Assembly: GCA_000934665.2 (NCBI GenBank)
Contig: JYFJ02003169.1
Coordinates: 1 to 45,448, forward strand
DNA from: Catajapyx aquilonaris
Lineage: Eukaryota
Direction: 5' to 3'
DNA: 45,448 bases
The notes below the pieces were generated by a model. The model was not told the origin of the DNA and made no database searches. It saw only the letters and a program-made list of their open reading frames with translations. The position numbers and the translations under genes are program-made. Within the stretch, counting starts at the first letter, position 1, and every line of letters begins with the position of its first letter. Positions 12,734 through 25,182 of this stretch are shown one piece after another.

Positions 12734-14848
12734 TCATCTCCGTCTGCGCCGCCTACGCCTTCTTCTTCTGGGCACGTCGTTCCTGGGCACGCAAGTACAA
12801 GCCGTGTGATTCGAAAAAGCTAGCCGCAGGTAGGTCTCCGACTGCACGTGCTGAACTTGACTGGCCACTTGTGTCTCCGTGTCCTGTTGCACCAGAATCA
12901 CTTTGAACACCACCTCTACCGGCTGCTGGCTGCTGGGTTTGCACACCTCGTCCGACTGCAGGCAGCAACCCGCATCATGCTGACACCGATGGGCCCACGT
13001 GGCTCTAGGCCTGAAGTACACGCCGGTGGTTAGGTCCTTCCTACCTGGGGGCAGAAGGTCTTCCGGGTAGACCAGACGAGGATGTGGTTTCCCGCAACGA
13101 ATGCTTCTCCTGACTCGTTGGTAGTGTGCCTGGAACTCTGCATCTGCGTCTTCCTCTTGCTGTACAGACCACGAGCCTCCTTCGGTGTCTGGTGAACCTG
13201 CACGCCATAATACAATGTCAGCACCATCGTCTCGAGAGCATCTCACTATGTTTGCATCACACCAATAATAATGTTAGTACCTTGCATGCTTGGTTGTCAA
13301 TCTAGAGTGTAGGCTATTGTAGCTAACGATAAGAACAAGCATTTCCCCACCTCTCCCAGGACCTGTCAACTGGTACAGTGCCATACAGTATACCTTATAG
13401 TTCTGTGCCCTATTGGTCACATTTTATTTCGACTCATCCGGACTGTTGAAACGTAACCTAATGTACCGGTACGGAAAATGAGAGAACGATCTGACATCAT
13501 CAAGGTTTCCATGGAAATACCCTCACTGAACAATATGAGTAAACAGTGTCAACAAATAAAGCAACAATGGAAGAAACGATGAGTCTTTTCATATCCGTAC
13601 AGTATGTGAGATTATAAAAGGTTTGGCATGATGTGGCCTTTGTTGTTATTATTGCGACTTTTTATAAATAAACAAAACGTGATGACGTCATTCCAGACTT
13701 TATAGAATCATAGTACCGGTATGTTAGACGTATCGGTGTACGGATTGGTCAGCCTTGGTTATTTACGTGACATGCTACTACTACACTTTCTCGTTTGAAT
13801 GACGCGCCTAGCACATATGCACGTAATTGAAAATAACAGGGCACTACATATTGGCGTCCACATTCCATATTATTTCATTTTTTTCACGATAGCTCGTCAT
13901 AGGTGGCTCATAAAAAATGGTATGCGTGCAAAGGGAGACGTCAGAACTCAGGCCGCATAGTAATACAGTGCATTTAATGATCCAGGCGACCTTCACCCAC
14001 AGAAACCGGAATACACGAGAACACATGCACGGTGCATCCAATCACCCGGTACAGCCCAAAAGCCAATGCAGAATGGTTTCCAAGTCCTTATTCACCCATT
14101 CATTCCCTTATTCACTGGGCAAAGGCAGTCAAGCCACGTGCAGAATGAATGTAAGCATGATGCCAACGCCAACTGAATGAAATATTCCAATGGCGAGTAG
14201 GCCACCAATTAACCCTAAGGACTGTTGCTAGTTGAGGAAGGCAATTCCATGTGCGCCAACCAGGAGAAGAAGTGACAGCCCGCGGGTGTAATCAACTCGT
14301 GTATCCTACACTATAGTGTCGTGAATGCGCTGGAGCGCTCAAATGAGATAATTCTAATCGCCGGCCGGTGAGCACACCGATAGGCAGTACTATATGCAAT
14401 CCTGGCCTAGTCACTCAATTCGTCCAACTTAAAAGCACAACTGGACTTATGAAAATGGATTATCACCATCAGACGAACATGTTCCTAACCGGTATCTGCC
14501 GGTATTTAATTAGCATATGCAAACCTGTCGAACTGACCCTGACAACTGGCGCGCGTAACTTTTGAATCACCCGATGTCAAAAACTGACCTGACATGTTTC
14601 TATCCCAAATCGGTTAAAAACTAAGTATTTGGTCCGTTCTTCCTGTTCCAGGCTGGCGAGGCCGACCTGATTAGATAACACAAAGGGAAGATAAGTGTAC
14701 CTGTATGGTTGAGTGCAGCCGTTGTGAGAAACTGCTGATGTCCTTCGGTCAGCCTGAGACTAAGCAGTCCCAAGCACAACAGACCCAACAAGATGCTGAG
14801 GAGGATGGTAACCAGCGAAGAGGAAGACATGACTAGCCCGACAGTCAT
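12734..14848 (-). CDS. Pvf: PDGF/VEGF-related growth factor (PVF family), 203 aa
   Basis: Exon 1 is 14848-14701 (hydrophobic signal LVTILLSILLGLLCLGLL, ending ACA G|gtac). Exon 2 is 13197-12734 (tgcag acceptor, phase 1). Joined length 612 nt. Cystine-knot pattern CGKPHPRLV...FRPRATWAHRCQHDAGCC...VCKP...FSNHTACTC, preceded by a basic RVRR site and followed by Arg11. Confidence 0.88.
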
Positions 14849-15740
14849 ATCCCTACCGACTGACTGACTGCCAGCTTTCCTGTCTGACTACTTCACTGGC
14901 CAGTCGGTCTATCTCTCAGTGGCCCCATCCTCCTACTCCACCGCCGCCACCCACTCGTAGGCCCCACGGCCCCCAACCGACTCACCCACCCGCTCCACCA
15001 CCCGCACGCCGCCTATACACTCATTCTCCGCCTTGTCTATCTAGTCTATCTACAATGTCACAAGGGTCCTTCCTTCCGTTTGTCCCCAACATCCGCCCAC
15101 AGGTTCCACCTTAATCCGGGAAACTGACCATTTTCTTTCACCAAATTCCTGAAGGGTGGGCAATGCAAATGGGAAGTTACATCATGATGAGAGTTCTAGT
15201 CTACGACGCCTACGGTGTGGAAAACCACGGAAGGCCCCGGTTTCCGGATGGTCAGAAGGCTGGCGGAAAAACCTGTTTGTAAGGGGATTCACCCGAAAGT
15301 GTCAGCGAATATTTGACCCGCTCCTCCCTGGTTCAACCGGTGGGTCTTTATAGCGACTGTCTGGGGGGATTCCCATAAAGCACTAGGGGAAATTCCGTGT
15401 GGCTATACGTTACTGTGTCGTCAGTAATCAAGGAATTACTACATGTTATATGCTTATTTTATGTAAATTAACTAATATCAGAATTAATTAAAATATTCGT
15501 ACTAAGTTTTACTATATGTGATATCAAGCTCTAATTAAACACTATCCCCTCTAACTAGCTAGTGTCCCTGCAGATCCTATTCTGTTGCTATACTGGGAGC
15601 CAGGGCGGTAATAAAGACATACACTCACGAGGCTTATTTTGTCATTTTTTTCTCTCAAATTATTCGGAGATTGTTGTTGATGACGATGATGGGGACAGGG
15701 TTCTGTACGTCACTGCCTGACCGGAAGGTATAGTACGAAC

Positions 15741-15884
15741 CAAGGGGTTAACCACTTCGGTACTCCGGTGTACACCTGCAGTGTTACTCCCAGGTATTCC
15801 TTGGGTACCTTACTCTTTGGTAGGCCTACTCCTTGAATTTTGGTACTCCAGTGTACACTTTACAGTCGAGTGGTTAACCCCTTG
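15741..15884. mobile_element. MITE with 8-bp TSD (P-element- or hAT-type)
   Basis: 16-bp perfect TIRs CAAGGGGTTAACCACT; exact direct repeat GTACGAAC at 15733-15740 and 15885-15892. Confidence 0.85.
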
Positions 15885-18800
15885 GTACGAACAGTGACAG
15901 GTAATTCGGTAAATTAATAGGACGTAGTATGTATGAGGATATCATTTTATCAGATATGCCTACATCAGAATGATATGACAGGCCCTTGCAATTGGTTCAA
16001 GCGTGCAACTCTAGTAAAACGGAAAGAGCGCCAAAATCCACCAATGGTAGGCTAAATCCCTACAATACTTTTGATGACTTCAAATATAAGTTGCCAGTAG
16101 AACCAAACAATCACAGTAATACAGTAATATATTTACGCAATAATTAATATCAAGAGCTCTTGTTAATATTGGCTTGTGCATGGGTGGTAAATGACACCAA
16201 TTTTTTAAAATGTAATCCACTCTCCACCCATAATGCAGCCTACTCATACATACAAGTACAATTATTGTAACCCAAGATGCATGATTCAAATAATTACGCA
16301 GTCTGCAGCAGGTACTGTACAAGCCTTCACAAGGTAGTTCGTAAGTCATGACACGTGGCATCCGGACATTATAGCCTTGAGGATCTAAAAATGTCCCCTG
16401 AAACTTTCCTGGAAGACTTAACACTTAACGATTGAGACCCACAAGTACATTAATATGCCAGTGAGATTCCAGATATAACGTCCTTGAACGGTGCTTCCTA
16501 GAAAAGCTCGGGAATACTCATAGATACTGTAGGAATCTGAGAATATTATATAGCCTATATTGTACATGCGAAACTGGAATGTATACTCTGCAGATACCAT
16601 ACTGTACGGAAAAACTACAAGAAAATTTGCCTTACCCTGATAGAACAAGAATAACATGGGAACAATGTATTCATAAAATTTGATCGTTTTTATTATCACA
16701 TTTCAATGTTTATGATAATCCCGACTTGACCATGACCGTTCAAGGCCATCCTGAATGCTGGCCGCAATTGATCTGTTGAATCCTTTTAACTTTCCTTATT
16801 GATAAATTATAGTGTTCACGGGAGCTTCGACTGTGCACAGCAGTCTGATCACTTGTCAGATAAGGAGCTGAAGATTGGCGAGTGCCTTCTGGCACTTTTG
16901 CATTACACTCATTCCACTTGTGCCCCTAATCTTCATGTCGAGAGTTCATACACGTTCTCGTATCGGCTTCAGAAGCTTAAAATCACTATTGGCGAGGAGC
17001 TCACTGGCATAGTTTGGCCCTAATCCCCTATACACAACATTGTATGTTATGTGAAAGATTCAGACACCTGCTGACATGGATCGCTATAAAGGCCGGAAAT
17101 AACTAACTAATAGCAAAACAATTAAAAGAACTTTTCACATTAAGCATGCAAGGTCACTACTTAAAATGACATTTCATTTTTTCACAGACGATTCAATAAT
17201 ATCGGCTACACATAACAATAGTGGAATACACAGAAAGTACTTTCGCAATTTTTGAACTGAACCTCACACGTTTCTGGAACTAATAATTTAATATGTCGCA
17301 TTAATTAATACCTTAGGAAGACAATACATTTATCACTTTTACGAACATTGACTTCCATTCTCCTCTGCCTCCATAAATTCCACCTATGTACGTACTTGTA
17401 ACACTGATCGTAGAACTTGAAAGTTCATAAATGTAGAGCTATTATCTAGGCCTAATAATCAATGTAGAAAGACATACTTCTGTGATGTATAGTGCTATAC
17501 TATATATGAAGCGTTTCAAAACCTTATCTTCGCAAGTAAGACTAGAATAGCAAAACTGATATCATGATTGCGATAAAGAGAGAAACGAACCACAAAGATC
17601 TATATACTAAGTTATTTTGCGCAGAGATTCTTGGTTGACAGCTTTTCTTTAGAAAATGATTGCGTCAAACCAGTTAGATCTATCAGTAGCAGTATCAGTA
17701 TCAGACCAACAAGGTTGCTTGCAAGAATATGCCGCAGAGCTATTGTACACTGCCTATCATTGGCACAGTGTCTTGTCTCTCGTGAAAAAAAATCAATACA
17801 GAATAGGCATATCTGCAGGATGAAAATTTGGCTTAAACAATCCCTAAACTCGTACAGAATGCGTCAGTAACCCGATAACATTATAATGCACTATATGCTT
17901 TTAATTCCGGCACTGCCGAATCCCGGTAATGATTACTGATGGCGTATACCTGGCTAGTGATAGGGTAGGTTGCAATGTACAGTACTTGGTACAGTACGTA
18001 TTAGTGCTGGTATTAGCTATTAGGGATGTCTCTCTTTCAATGGTGCATACATAAGTCTGGTTTATTTTTTAATTGATTTTTTTGGGAAGAAACGCATCAC
18101 ACATGAATTATCATATCATAAGGTTTCGAATATAGACTAGGTTTCATGCAGCAATTGTTAGTGTGACATTTAAAATTAATGATCCATGTTTTATCACTAT
18201 TATCAGTAATAATACTGAGGATTCAGAATTCCAACTATTCCCAGCCGATGTTACACAATAATTACTGATCACGAATTGCCAATACATAGCCTAGTTATTT
18301 CCATGTAGTTACTGGTGCCAGCAGCATATGTGGGGAAGAATGTTTCTTGTATTGTGTAACTTATAACATATTTAGGAGATAATATAGTGCTGTATAATAA
18401 TAAACTAATATAGCAACAGCTGGAGACGCCCTAATATTATGTCAATTACGTCAATGTCGTATAGTTAGGCCATACTATATTCATGTGACGTAATTCAGTC
18501 ACATGTGTCACATACCGCAGGTTGACTACTATCGTCTTACTCACTAGGCATATTGTAGAGCCTTCAATAATAATAATAATTGTTTCCAAGTACAGGCCAA
18601 GGCAAATTTCCGGAAACGTTGCATCACGAGAAAAATTGCATCAACTTGCGACACTGGCATTAAGCTGACCCATTCTGCCTAGAAAAAAAGGGTTAGATCC
18701 TTGCACCAAGTTGACGCAACATTTTTCTCTTTCTCACAAAGGCCATGTTCTACATAGCATGCAAGGAATAACCGCAAAAGCCCAGAATGATTACGGCAAA

Positions 18801-20841
18801 ATAATAGTATTTAACTCCATTTGAGATCTTTTTATGCGATAGCACAACCGCATGCAGCTCCATAAATGGCATGTATTCTTCTCCACAGATGACTACAGTG
18901 AAACCTGTCTGTAGCGGATCCTGGATATAGCGGCAACTTTTCTACGGAAAAATTCAGTCAGTAAGGAAAACCCAGCACATAATGGAATTAATACTGCCCA
19001 GTTAAAGGTCGTTCCGCACAACTTCGGCGAACCGGGAGAGGGTCAACAAAATTGCGCGTGAGTGGATCACGGTCGAGATAAATCGCCCTGTCGGGGTGCC
19101 GGGTTCCACAAATTGGGCGTTTTAAAAGCGTACAGTACTTGAGTCACCAATTCTGAAATTTAATATGCTTAAATTATTTTTATATAGTTTAGTATTATCC
19201 GATATAGCTGAAACTTGCGCATTATGGAACATTTTCGCGGAACGGAGCGATTTTCCTTTACAGTATACCGGTACCGATTTCACTCTACCTGGTCCATCTC
19301 CCTTGCCAATCTCATTCACTCATCAGCCTAATTTCATCATACTTAACTTTTTGTCATGTACAGTATGTACACATACTATTGCAATGCAGGTGATTGTCAC
19401 GGTCGGCTGGCTCGGCCTCCTTCAAACAAAAGTAATTAGCCAGCCACCTGCCTATATATACTAATACGCACAAAAGAGCATGCCAACCTGGCATTACAAA
19501 AAGGTTGGATGGGTGTTTGTACCTCATTTTTCTCTCAATCCTGTCCCGAGATTTTATCTCTTGGAGATTAACCTGAAACAAGGCCGCCTCCACAGACTGA
19601 TTCAAGGTCCCCACCACCCTCAACTCCTCTAGTACAAGTTAGAATGAGCAAGTACTGTACGGTTCATGCCGTGGTATATTTAGCCAGATATGTGTCATCG
19701 TAATATTACTACCGTGCGAGTCACTTGCGCCGGGAAGCCGTGGGTGGTGTCAGAAAGGGCATTGCGTGATCTCTGAGCAGTGTTTTCCGCTCCTGAGGCC
19801 TGGTCATGTGGTGTTTCATGTGGACACAGACACACACTCCCACACACTTAAATAAACAATAAACAGTAGAACGTGTTGATGAGTATACTAGTTTTGTAAT
19901 TGTTGAGTAGGCTACCTGCTCGACTATATTACTGATGATTGCTATCAACGACTTGAAAGTTGGGATACTGGACGTATAGGGCTGTATAGATATCGCTACA
20001 AATTAGCCGTTTTGCCCAAATTTTTTGTGTAGGCTAAATTATTGCAACCAGTTTTTCTGGATTAATGCCGAAAGTTATCTGCCAATCTTAATAATGTTAG
20101 CTTCTAAATTAACCTTTAATGAATACGATCCATTTCAAGGTTATTAATGCTCATTTATTCTGATGGTAATTTGCATCTCACGTGAACCTTTAACCTGACT
20201 TGCAACATTTCTGCTATTCCTATATCTACAGTATGAAACGTTGGTTGGTTGCTGGGTTCATAAAGAGCAGGCGCGTTGACTGTCAATAGCCTTTCGCTGC
20301 TGCATCATTTTAATCATGACCAAGCAATGAGGGATCAGGACAGGAAGGGAGCTTCGTACGATAGCAAATGTGAGAAATATAAGCTCACAGTTGCATGTAC
20401 TGTACGACTACAGTACCCCATACTTGCGTTGTTTTTCGAAATAGTTTTGCCTCAGAGTGTCCAGCAGTAAAGAAAATTTTGCGCACTTTTACCTTAAAGT
20501 GCTGCACTTCTCGACTTGTAATTCGGATCATCCGTGCAGACCTTTGACCTGCATTTAAAATAATAAATGTCAAGTCAATGTCATGATCAGGTCATGATTC
20601 CAGGTAGGTGTTCAATAAGCCGACATCAATGAGGTCGTCGCCGGTATTTCGTACCCAGCAATGCCATCCTTCTTCCATACACACCCTCTATGCTCTATCA
20701 CCAGTATAATTTTGGCAGACTAATTCGTGAACACCCTGTATAAAATGGAGTAGCCTATATAATATGCATATCAGAGGGGTCTCAGATTTTTTTAAAAAAA
20801 CCTACATTATGATAACCTATACGCGTATCCTTCCGTATATA

Positions 20842-21051
20842 CAGGGTGTCTCAACTTTTTTGTCCGAACAGTTATCGGAAATATTGCACTAAGCTGCTTA
20901 TTTGTTAGCAGTGACTTGCAACCAGTGATGCTTCCGTGGCTTTATCAGTTGAGGGATATGCCAGGAATGTTGGGGAATATTCTGGCTACATAGCTAGAAG
21001 CTACATAGGCTTTTCCGATAACTGTTCGGACAAAAAAGTTTCGACACCCTG
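20842..21051. mobile_element. Tc1/mariner MITE family A, copy 2
   Basis: Same TIR as 6721-7054 (CAGGGTGT..CAACTTTTTTGTCCGAACAGTTATCGGAAA), TA on both flanks, shorter and different interior. Confidence 0.85.
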
Positions 21052-21262
21052 TATACTCTTGAAATCATCTCTAGATTACTTATAATAGTCTACCTAATAC
21101 CGCCTAATACACAATCTAATGTAGCTGTTACAAGGATGTTTGGAAATAAGGGCAAGAACGAGAAGGAAGGCGAACAATGTTCAGACCACGAGTTCTGAAG
21201 GGATACTGAGGACCTGTGAAACGGTGAGAGGCTACAGCAGGGTATACCGTATACGCGTACCG

Positions 21263-21610
21263 TAGGGGAGACCGGGGCACAGTGGTTCCCGTGGCACAGT
21301 TTAAAAATATAAGAAACCGGAATAACGTCGTCATCCCATACCTCGTGAAACATGTCACTATGTCCATCGACTCCATCCTGCCAACATGACAGCCACCTGT
21401 GAGATGCGTGCGATCGTGCTGTACCAGAGGAAAATTATTTGAAGGGTAGTGAAGTTACTTCTAACCCACAGTTTAAATGCCCTGTCAGGCGTAGATGCTG
21501 GGCATGACCCTGATGTAAAAATGTTCTTGAATAGTGTCATCCTTTGTCCCCAAATGCTGAAAATTTGGAACGCTTCATTTGCAATGGAAGCTACGATTCA
21601 TAACATCATG
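21263..21610 (+). mobile_element. Possible degenerate pogo/Tigger-like DNA transposon remnant
   Basis: TA-GGGGAGACCGGGGCACAGTG resembles a DNA transposon end. The downstream translation LHPANMTATC...LYQRKII*RVVKLL loosely resembles DDE_1 transposase LPxNxT...YR. No mate TIR found. Confidence 0.25.
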
Positions 21611-21782
21611 TCAGTTCTGCACTCTGGAGCACAGTGGTCCACTGCCCAGTGTGCACCTCGCTCTTTGTGGACGACCGTACCCCACTATGCATCTGTACTT
21701 TAATTAATGCCATCGTATGTCTACGATATGCTAATGGTTTTGACCAGCCCCCGGACACTTATACTACATTCTGAGCTTATCG

Positions 21783-22099
21783 CCTGCCGAGGGGTTTTGC
21801 AGCGGGTGCTCACCTGAGAGCGCCATGAGACATTTCCCAGAGCAATTATGTGGCGAACCGGACTATAGGCTGAACTTTATAGGTACAAAAGGGAAGCGCT
21901 ACATTGGGGGACCCAACATGGGCGCCGGCGTCCATGTTGGGCCCACATGGGCGCCGGCGTCCATGCTGGGCCCACATGTAGCGCTTCCCTTTCGTACCTA
22001 TAAAGTTCAGCCTAGTCCGGTAGGGTCGCCACATAATTGCTCCGAGAAATGTCTCATGGCGCTCTCAGGTGAGCACCCGCTGCAAAACCCCTCGGCAGG
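21783..22099. mobile_element. Fully palindromic foldback element (CMC/EnSpm-like non-autonomous, tentative)
   Basis: ~125-bp near-perfect arms starting CCTGCCGAGGGGTTTTGCAGCGGG. The centre is two tandem ~30-bp self-complementary units CCC(A)ACATGGGCGCCGGCGTCCATGYTGGG. Confidence 0.75.
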
Positions 22100-22729
22100 G
22101 GGTGGGTGGGAGTGACCTAACCTGAGTATTCTAAAACCATGGTTTTGACAGACACTAGTATGAAATAAATTTCATGCGGCAAAGGATGTGGCAGGAAGGA
22201 CATGCCGACAAGGTCGAATTTCTGGAGAGAGATGATGTTTCACTTTTTTGTCCACAGGTTGCAGTAGCAGAAGTCCCTTTTATTTATTTCCTGTTTATTT
22301 AGAGAAGTTAGATGTAGGATAAAAAATAAAATATACGGTACTTCTTGTATGCATTATGGGGTCCCAATCACTTCCGGACCACTGTGCCCTGGGTATCGGG
22401 GCACATCAGTGGTCCATTTGCATATGGAAGCTAAGTCTTTTAAACAGTTGCGATGGTTTTGTGACGAGATCTATCCGTTTCATAGGTGCGGGATGTGGAG
22501 AATGTACTATAGTTTTACGTGTAGCGCCTAAAATTGCATGTTTCGTGGTTTTGGGAACTATTTTGCCTATTCTGGCTTTTTGCGACTTTTCATGCCTATA
22601 TTTGGCCTTTTTTGGGATAGTTTGTGAACTTTTTCAAGCAAATTTTTTACAAGTTTTTTTTAGATTACCCCGTGATACAGCCGTTTTAGGGGGGTGTCAT
22701 ACCACCATCAGTTTTCTAGTGTTTTTACA

Positions 22730-22992
22730 ACTTTTTCTTCATTCTCCGGTGCAGGGAAACAGGGACATTGGGAAAGGATATGGATTTTTGGGGAGGGGAC
22801 ACTTGTGCAGGTGCAATGTCATGAAACCTTTGGGCCATGTGCAGTCCCCCAGCAGGAGGTTGGGTTGCCAGACACCTCCAAGGTACAGGTTAGAGACCCT
22901 CCCGACGCAGGTGGAAAGGAGGTTCCCCAGGCGGGGATCGAACCTGGGGCCTTTCACTCAGCAAGCCGAGACGTTACCATCTCGGCCACCAC
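22730..22992 (-). mobile_element. tRNA-derived SINE
   Basis: On -: A box TGGCCGAGATGG and B box GGTTCGATCCC at Pol III spacing, then a non-tRNA body and an A-rich end. The 3' boundary is approximate. Confidence 0.65.
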
Positions 22993-23151
22993 ATTTGGCA
23001 ACATATTGTGCAAGTGGAAACTGGCTATAAGCGGTCGAGTCCAGAGCAAGTGATACTTGCTTGCACTTAGTGTATTTTGCCTAAGTTTTGTGATTTCCTG
23101 TCAGTTTACGTTGTTATTCGGTTTTTGCTGTGGTTTGTGACCTTATATTAC

Positions 23152-23257
23152 GTACTATATCGCTCAAAAAGATAGAGACGATTGGCATTTGATTCAAGTG
23201 CAAGTTGCACTTGAGTCAAATGCAAAATCGTCTCTATCTTTTTGGGTGATATAGTAC
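23152..23257. mobile_element. Hairpin MITE (TIR-only, Tc1-like ends)
   Basis: ~52-bp arms (GTACTATATCGCTCAAAAAGATAGAGACGATT...) meeting at 23204 with essentially no loop. Confidence 0.75.
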
Positions 23258-24245
23258 TTTAGGCCTATCAAATTGTTCTAGCTTTTTTTTATTTTCTGTA
23301 ACATACGCCCGCAAAAATAACATTTTTGTGCCTATTTCGGGGGGTTTTCGTGCCTAAAAATCCGGACTCTACTGATGACCAAGGATGACGAGGGGGAAGG
23401 GGGAACTGGACGAGCGAGTGGAGGCAGGGAAGAAGGTGCTGGTGGCCAACAAGCCCCACGTCAGGAAGTCTACGTAAAGACATAAAGCCTGCTAGTGGCT
23501 TATAAGCGATTAACATCGAGAGCACATTGAGAGAGAGCCTTGCTCTAAAAAAATGTGGACAAGTTTGTAAATCAAATATTAAATATGAATTAGTAAATAT
23601 GAATTCGTTCGAAGTACGAGGCACCACTGTAATATGTAGTGCTTTTTATTTTTTATTTTGTTTTTATCCTCATATTTATAAGTTCTACGTCAGGTTAAAA
23701 GGATCGCCTGACCATATAGTGACAGTAAACCCCTGACTGTGTATTTTTGGACTCATTGCTCAATATGTATACGTATATTTTTTAAAGGGAACCTGCCATT
23801 AAAGGTCAAAAAGGTTTTGGCTGATGTATCCTCATGAAATGCAACCATCAGCGCTCTTTCTTTCTCAAATATTTAGTGGTAGCGTGCAATATTGTTGTAC
23901 AGGAGCAGGATACGTATGGCAAAAGTGTTTTTTTTTTGGCAGGTGGTACATTCACCTGGTGAGTTGCTTCTTCTGACCATGTATTGGAAGGACTTACTCA
24001 CATAATGTTGTCAGACCACAGCCAATAAATAAATTACGTTTGCCTTTTGAATTGTAGTTCAACCACTGGTGGAGGATCTCTTAAAATTTATATATTATAT
24101 TTATATGCTCTTCTTTTCTGTAGGGAATGATTCAATATTTCACCCAATCACCCTGTGGACTTCATTTAAACTTTTGTTCAGGCATATTGTGAAATGCCAG
24201 CCTACTTTCAACTGTACAGTACTTGTCCCTGGCCATGTCCTAGTC

Positions 24246-24432
24246 CAGCATTTCTCAACCTTTTTACCTTTGGGGAGCCCTTGAACTTACATTCATGGCT
24301 CAGGGAACCCCTACATATAAATTGTACTACAAGTATATCAATGACTCAAAAATTCATTTACATGGGATTAGCCTATCACTTTCTCTTGGAACCCCTGGCA
24401 ATTGCTCAAGGAACCCCAGTTGAGAAACGCTG
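24246..24432. mobile_element. hAT-type MITE
   Basis: TIRs CAGCATTTCTCAAC / GTTGAGAAACGCTG with internal GGAACCCC motifs; both flanks contain CCTAG (degenerate TSD). Confidence 0.75.
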
Positions 24433-24659
24433 CCTAGCATGTGAGCCAATTCGTTATTGACCTTCATGGTCGTTGTAAACCTTTGGCAACTTCTCTCCAC
24501 CCCCAAAATGATTTGTAACTATAAATAAATTACGTTACTTTAAAACATGTACAAGGAATGAAAAAGCATTTAAACTCAGCCAAACTGACTAATTTAGCAT
24601 CTAATGTATAGTTTTTACACAATGTGATTGTCATTTTGAGTAAAATGTGCGACCATGAG

Positions 24660-24760
24660 TGAGGAGAAACTTTTCACATGGGATTTCTGTCCGACCTGGG
24701 GTTCAAATGCAGGACCTGAGAGGTGAAAGGCTATGATGTGAGCCACTATACATCACCAGT
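24660..24760 (-). mobile_element. Degenerate tRNA-derived SINE head
   Basis: On -: GGTGATGTATAGTGGCTCAC...TTTCACCTCTCAGGTCCTGCATTTGAACCCCAGG, i.e. decayed A and B boxes. Confidence 0.35.
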
Positions 24761-25144
24761 CTCCCCACTGCCAGTAGGCCACATTGCTGTAACCACCACC
24801 ACTTGAAACTCCCCTGGTCTTTGGATGTGAGAACATGACCTTCATGCAAATAGAACTCCCTTATGTTCAGTACCATGTCGGTCTTTGAAGTTGGGTGGCT
24901 GCTAGAACTACAAATGTATCCTTCTGACAGTGCTGTCCACTTTTTTTTTTGCTACTGCCACATATCTCGCTTCTATTATAGGCTACATTTGAGGCCAAAG
25001 TGTCCAGTGGTGGGTGGATGACCTGAGTTCTGACTGAAGAACCTGTATTAGGTACCCTTTCCTAAGTGCAAAATGTCATGATGAAATGCTCTTTGGAGAA
25101 ATTGCAAAAATAGAAACTCAAGAAATAAAAGGGCAACTATAGTC

Positions 25145-25150
25145 TTTATT
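25145..25150 (-). terminator. Polyadenylation signal of the large secreted-protein gene
   Basis: AATAAA on -, 33 nt after the stop at 25183. Confidence 0.65.
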
Positions 25151-25182
25151 CAAGCAACTTGGGCACTGCCAGCACTGCCACA

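Noticed and set aside
13198..13246. Track-predicted N-terminus MRCSRDDG... of the PVF ORF
   Set aside because: It starts at a GTG in intron sequence; the tgcag acceptor joins in phase to a signal-peptide exon at 14848-14701.
16799..17023. ORF with LHVES...RLQKLKI faintly like Harbinger/ISL2EU transposase RIHVER
   Set aside because: Match too short, with no other motifs or TIRs.
18896..18945. TA-CAGTGAAACCT pogo-type terminus as a full MITE
   Set aside because: No matching opposite TIR found; a solo fragment at best.
21825..22115. Similar ORFs on both strands
   Set aside because: A consequence of the palindromic element.
22920..22992. tRNA gene
   Set aside because: A and B boxes are present, but I could not form a convincing acceptor stem or cloverleaf, and it runs into a SINE-like body.
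22356..23053. 224-aa and 119-aa + strand ORFs
   Set aside because: They run through T-rich repeat sequence and the antisense of a SINE; no recognisable domain or splice partners.
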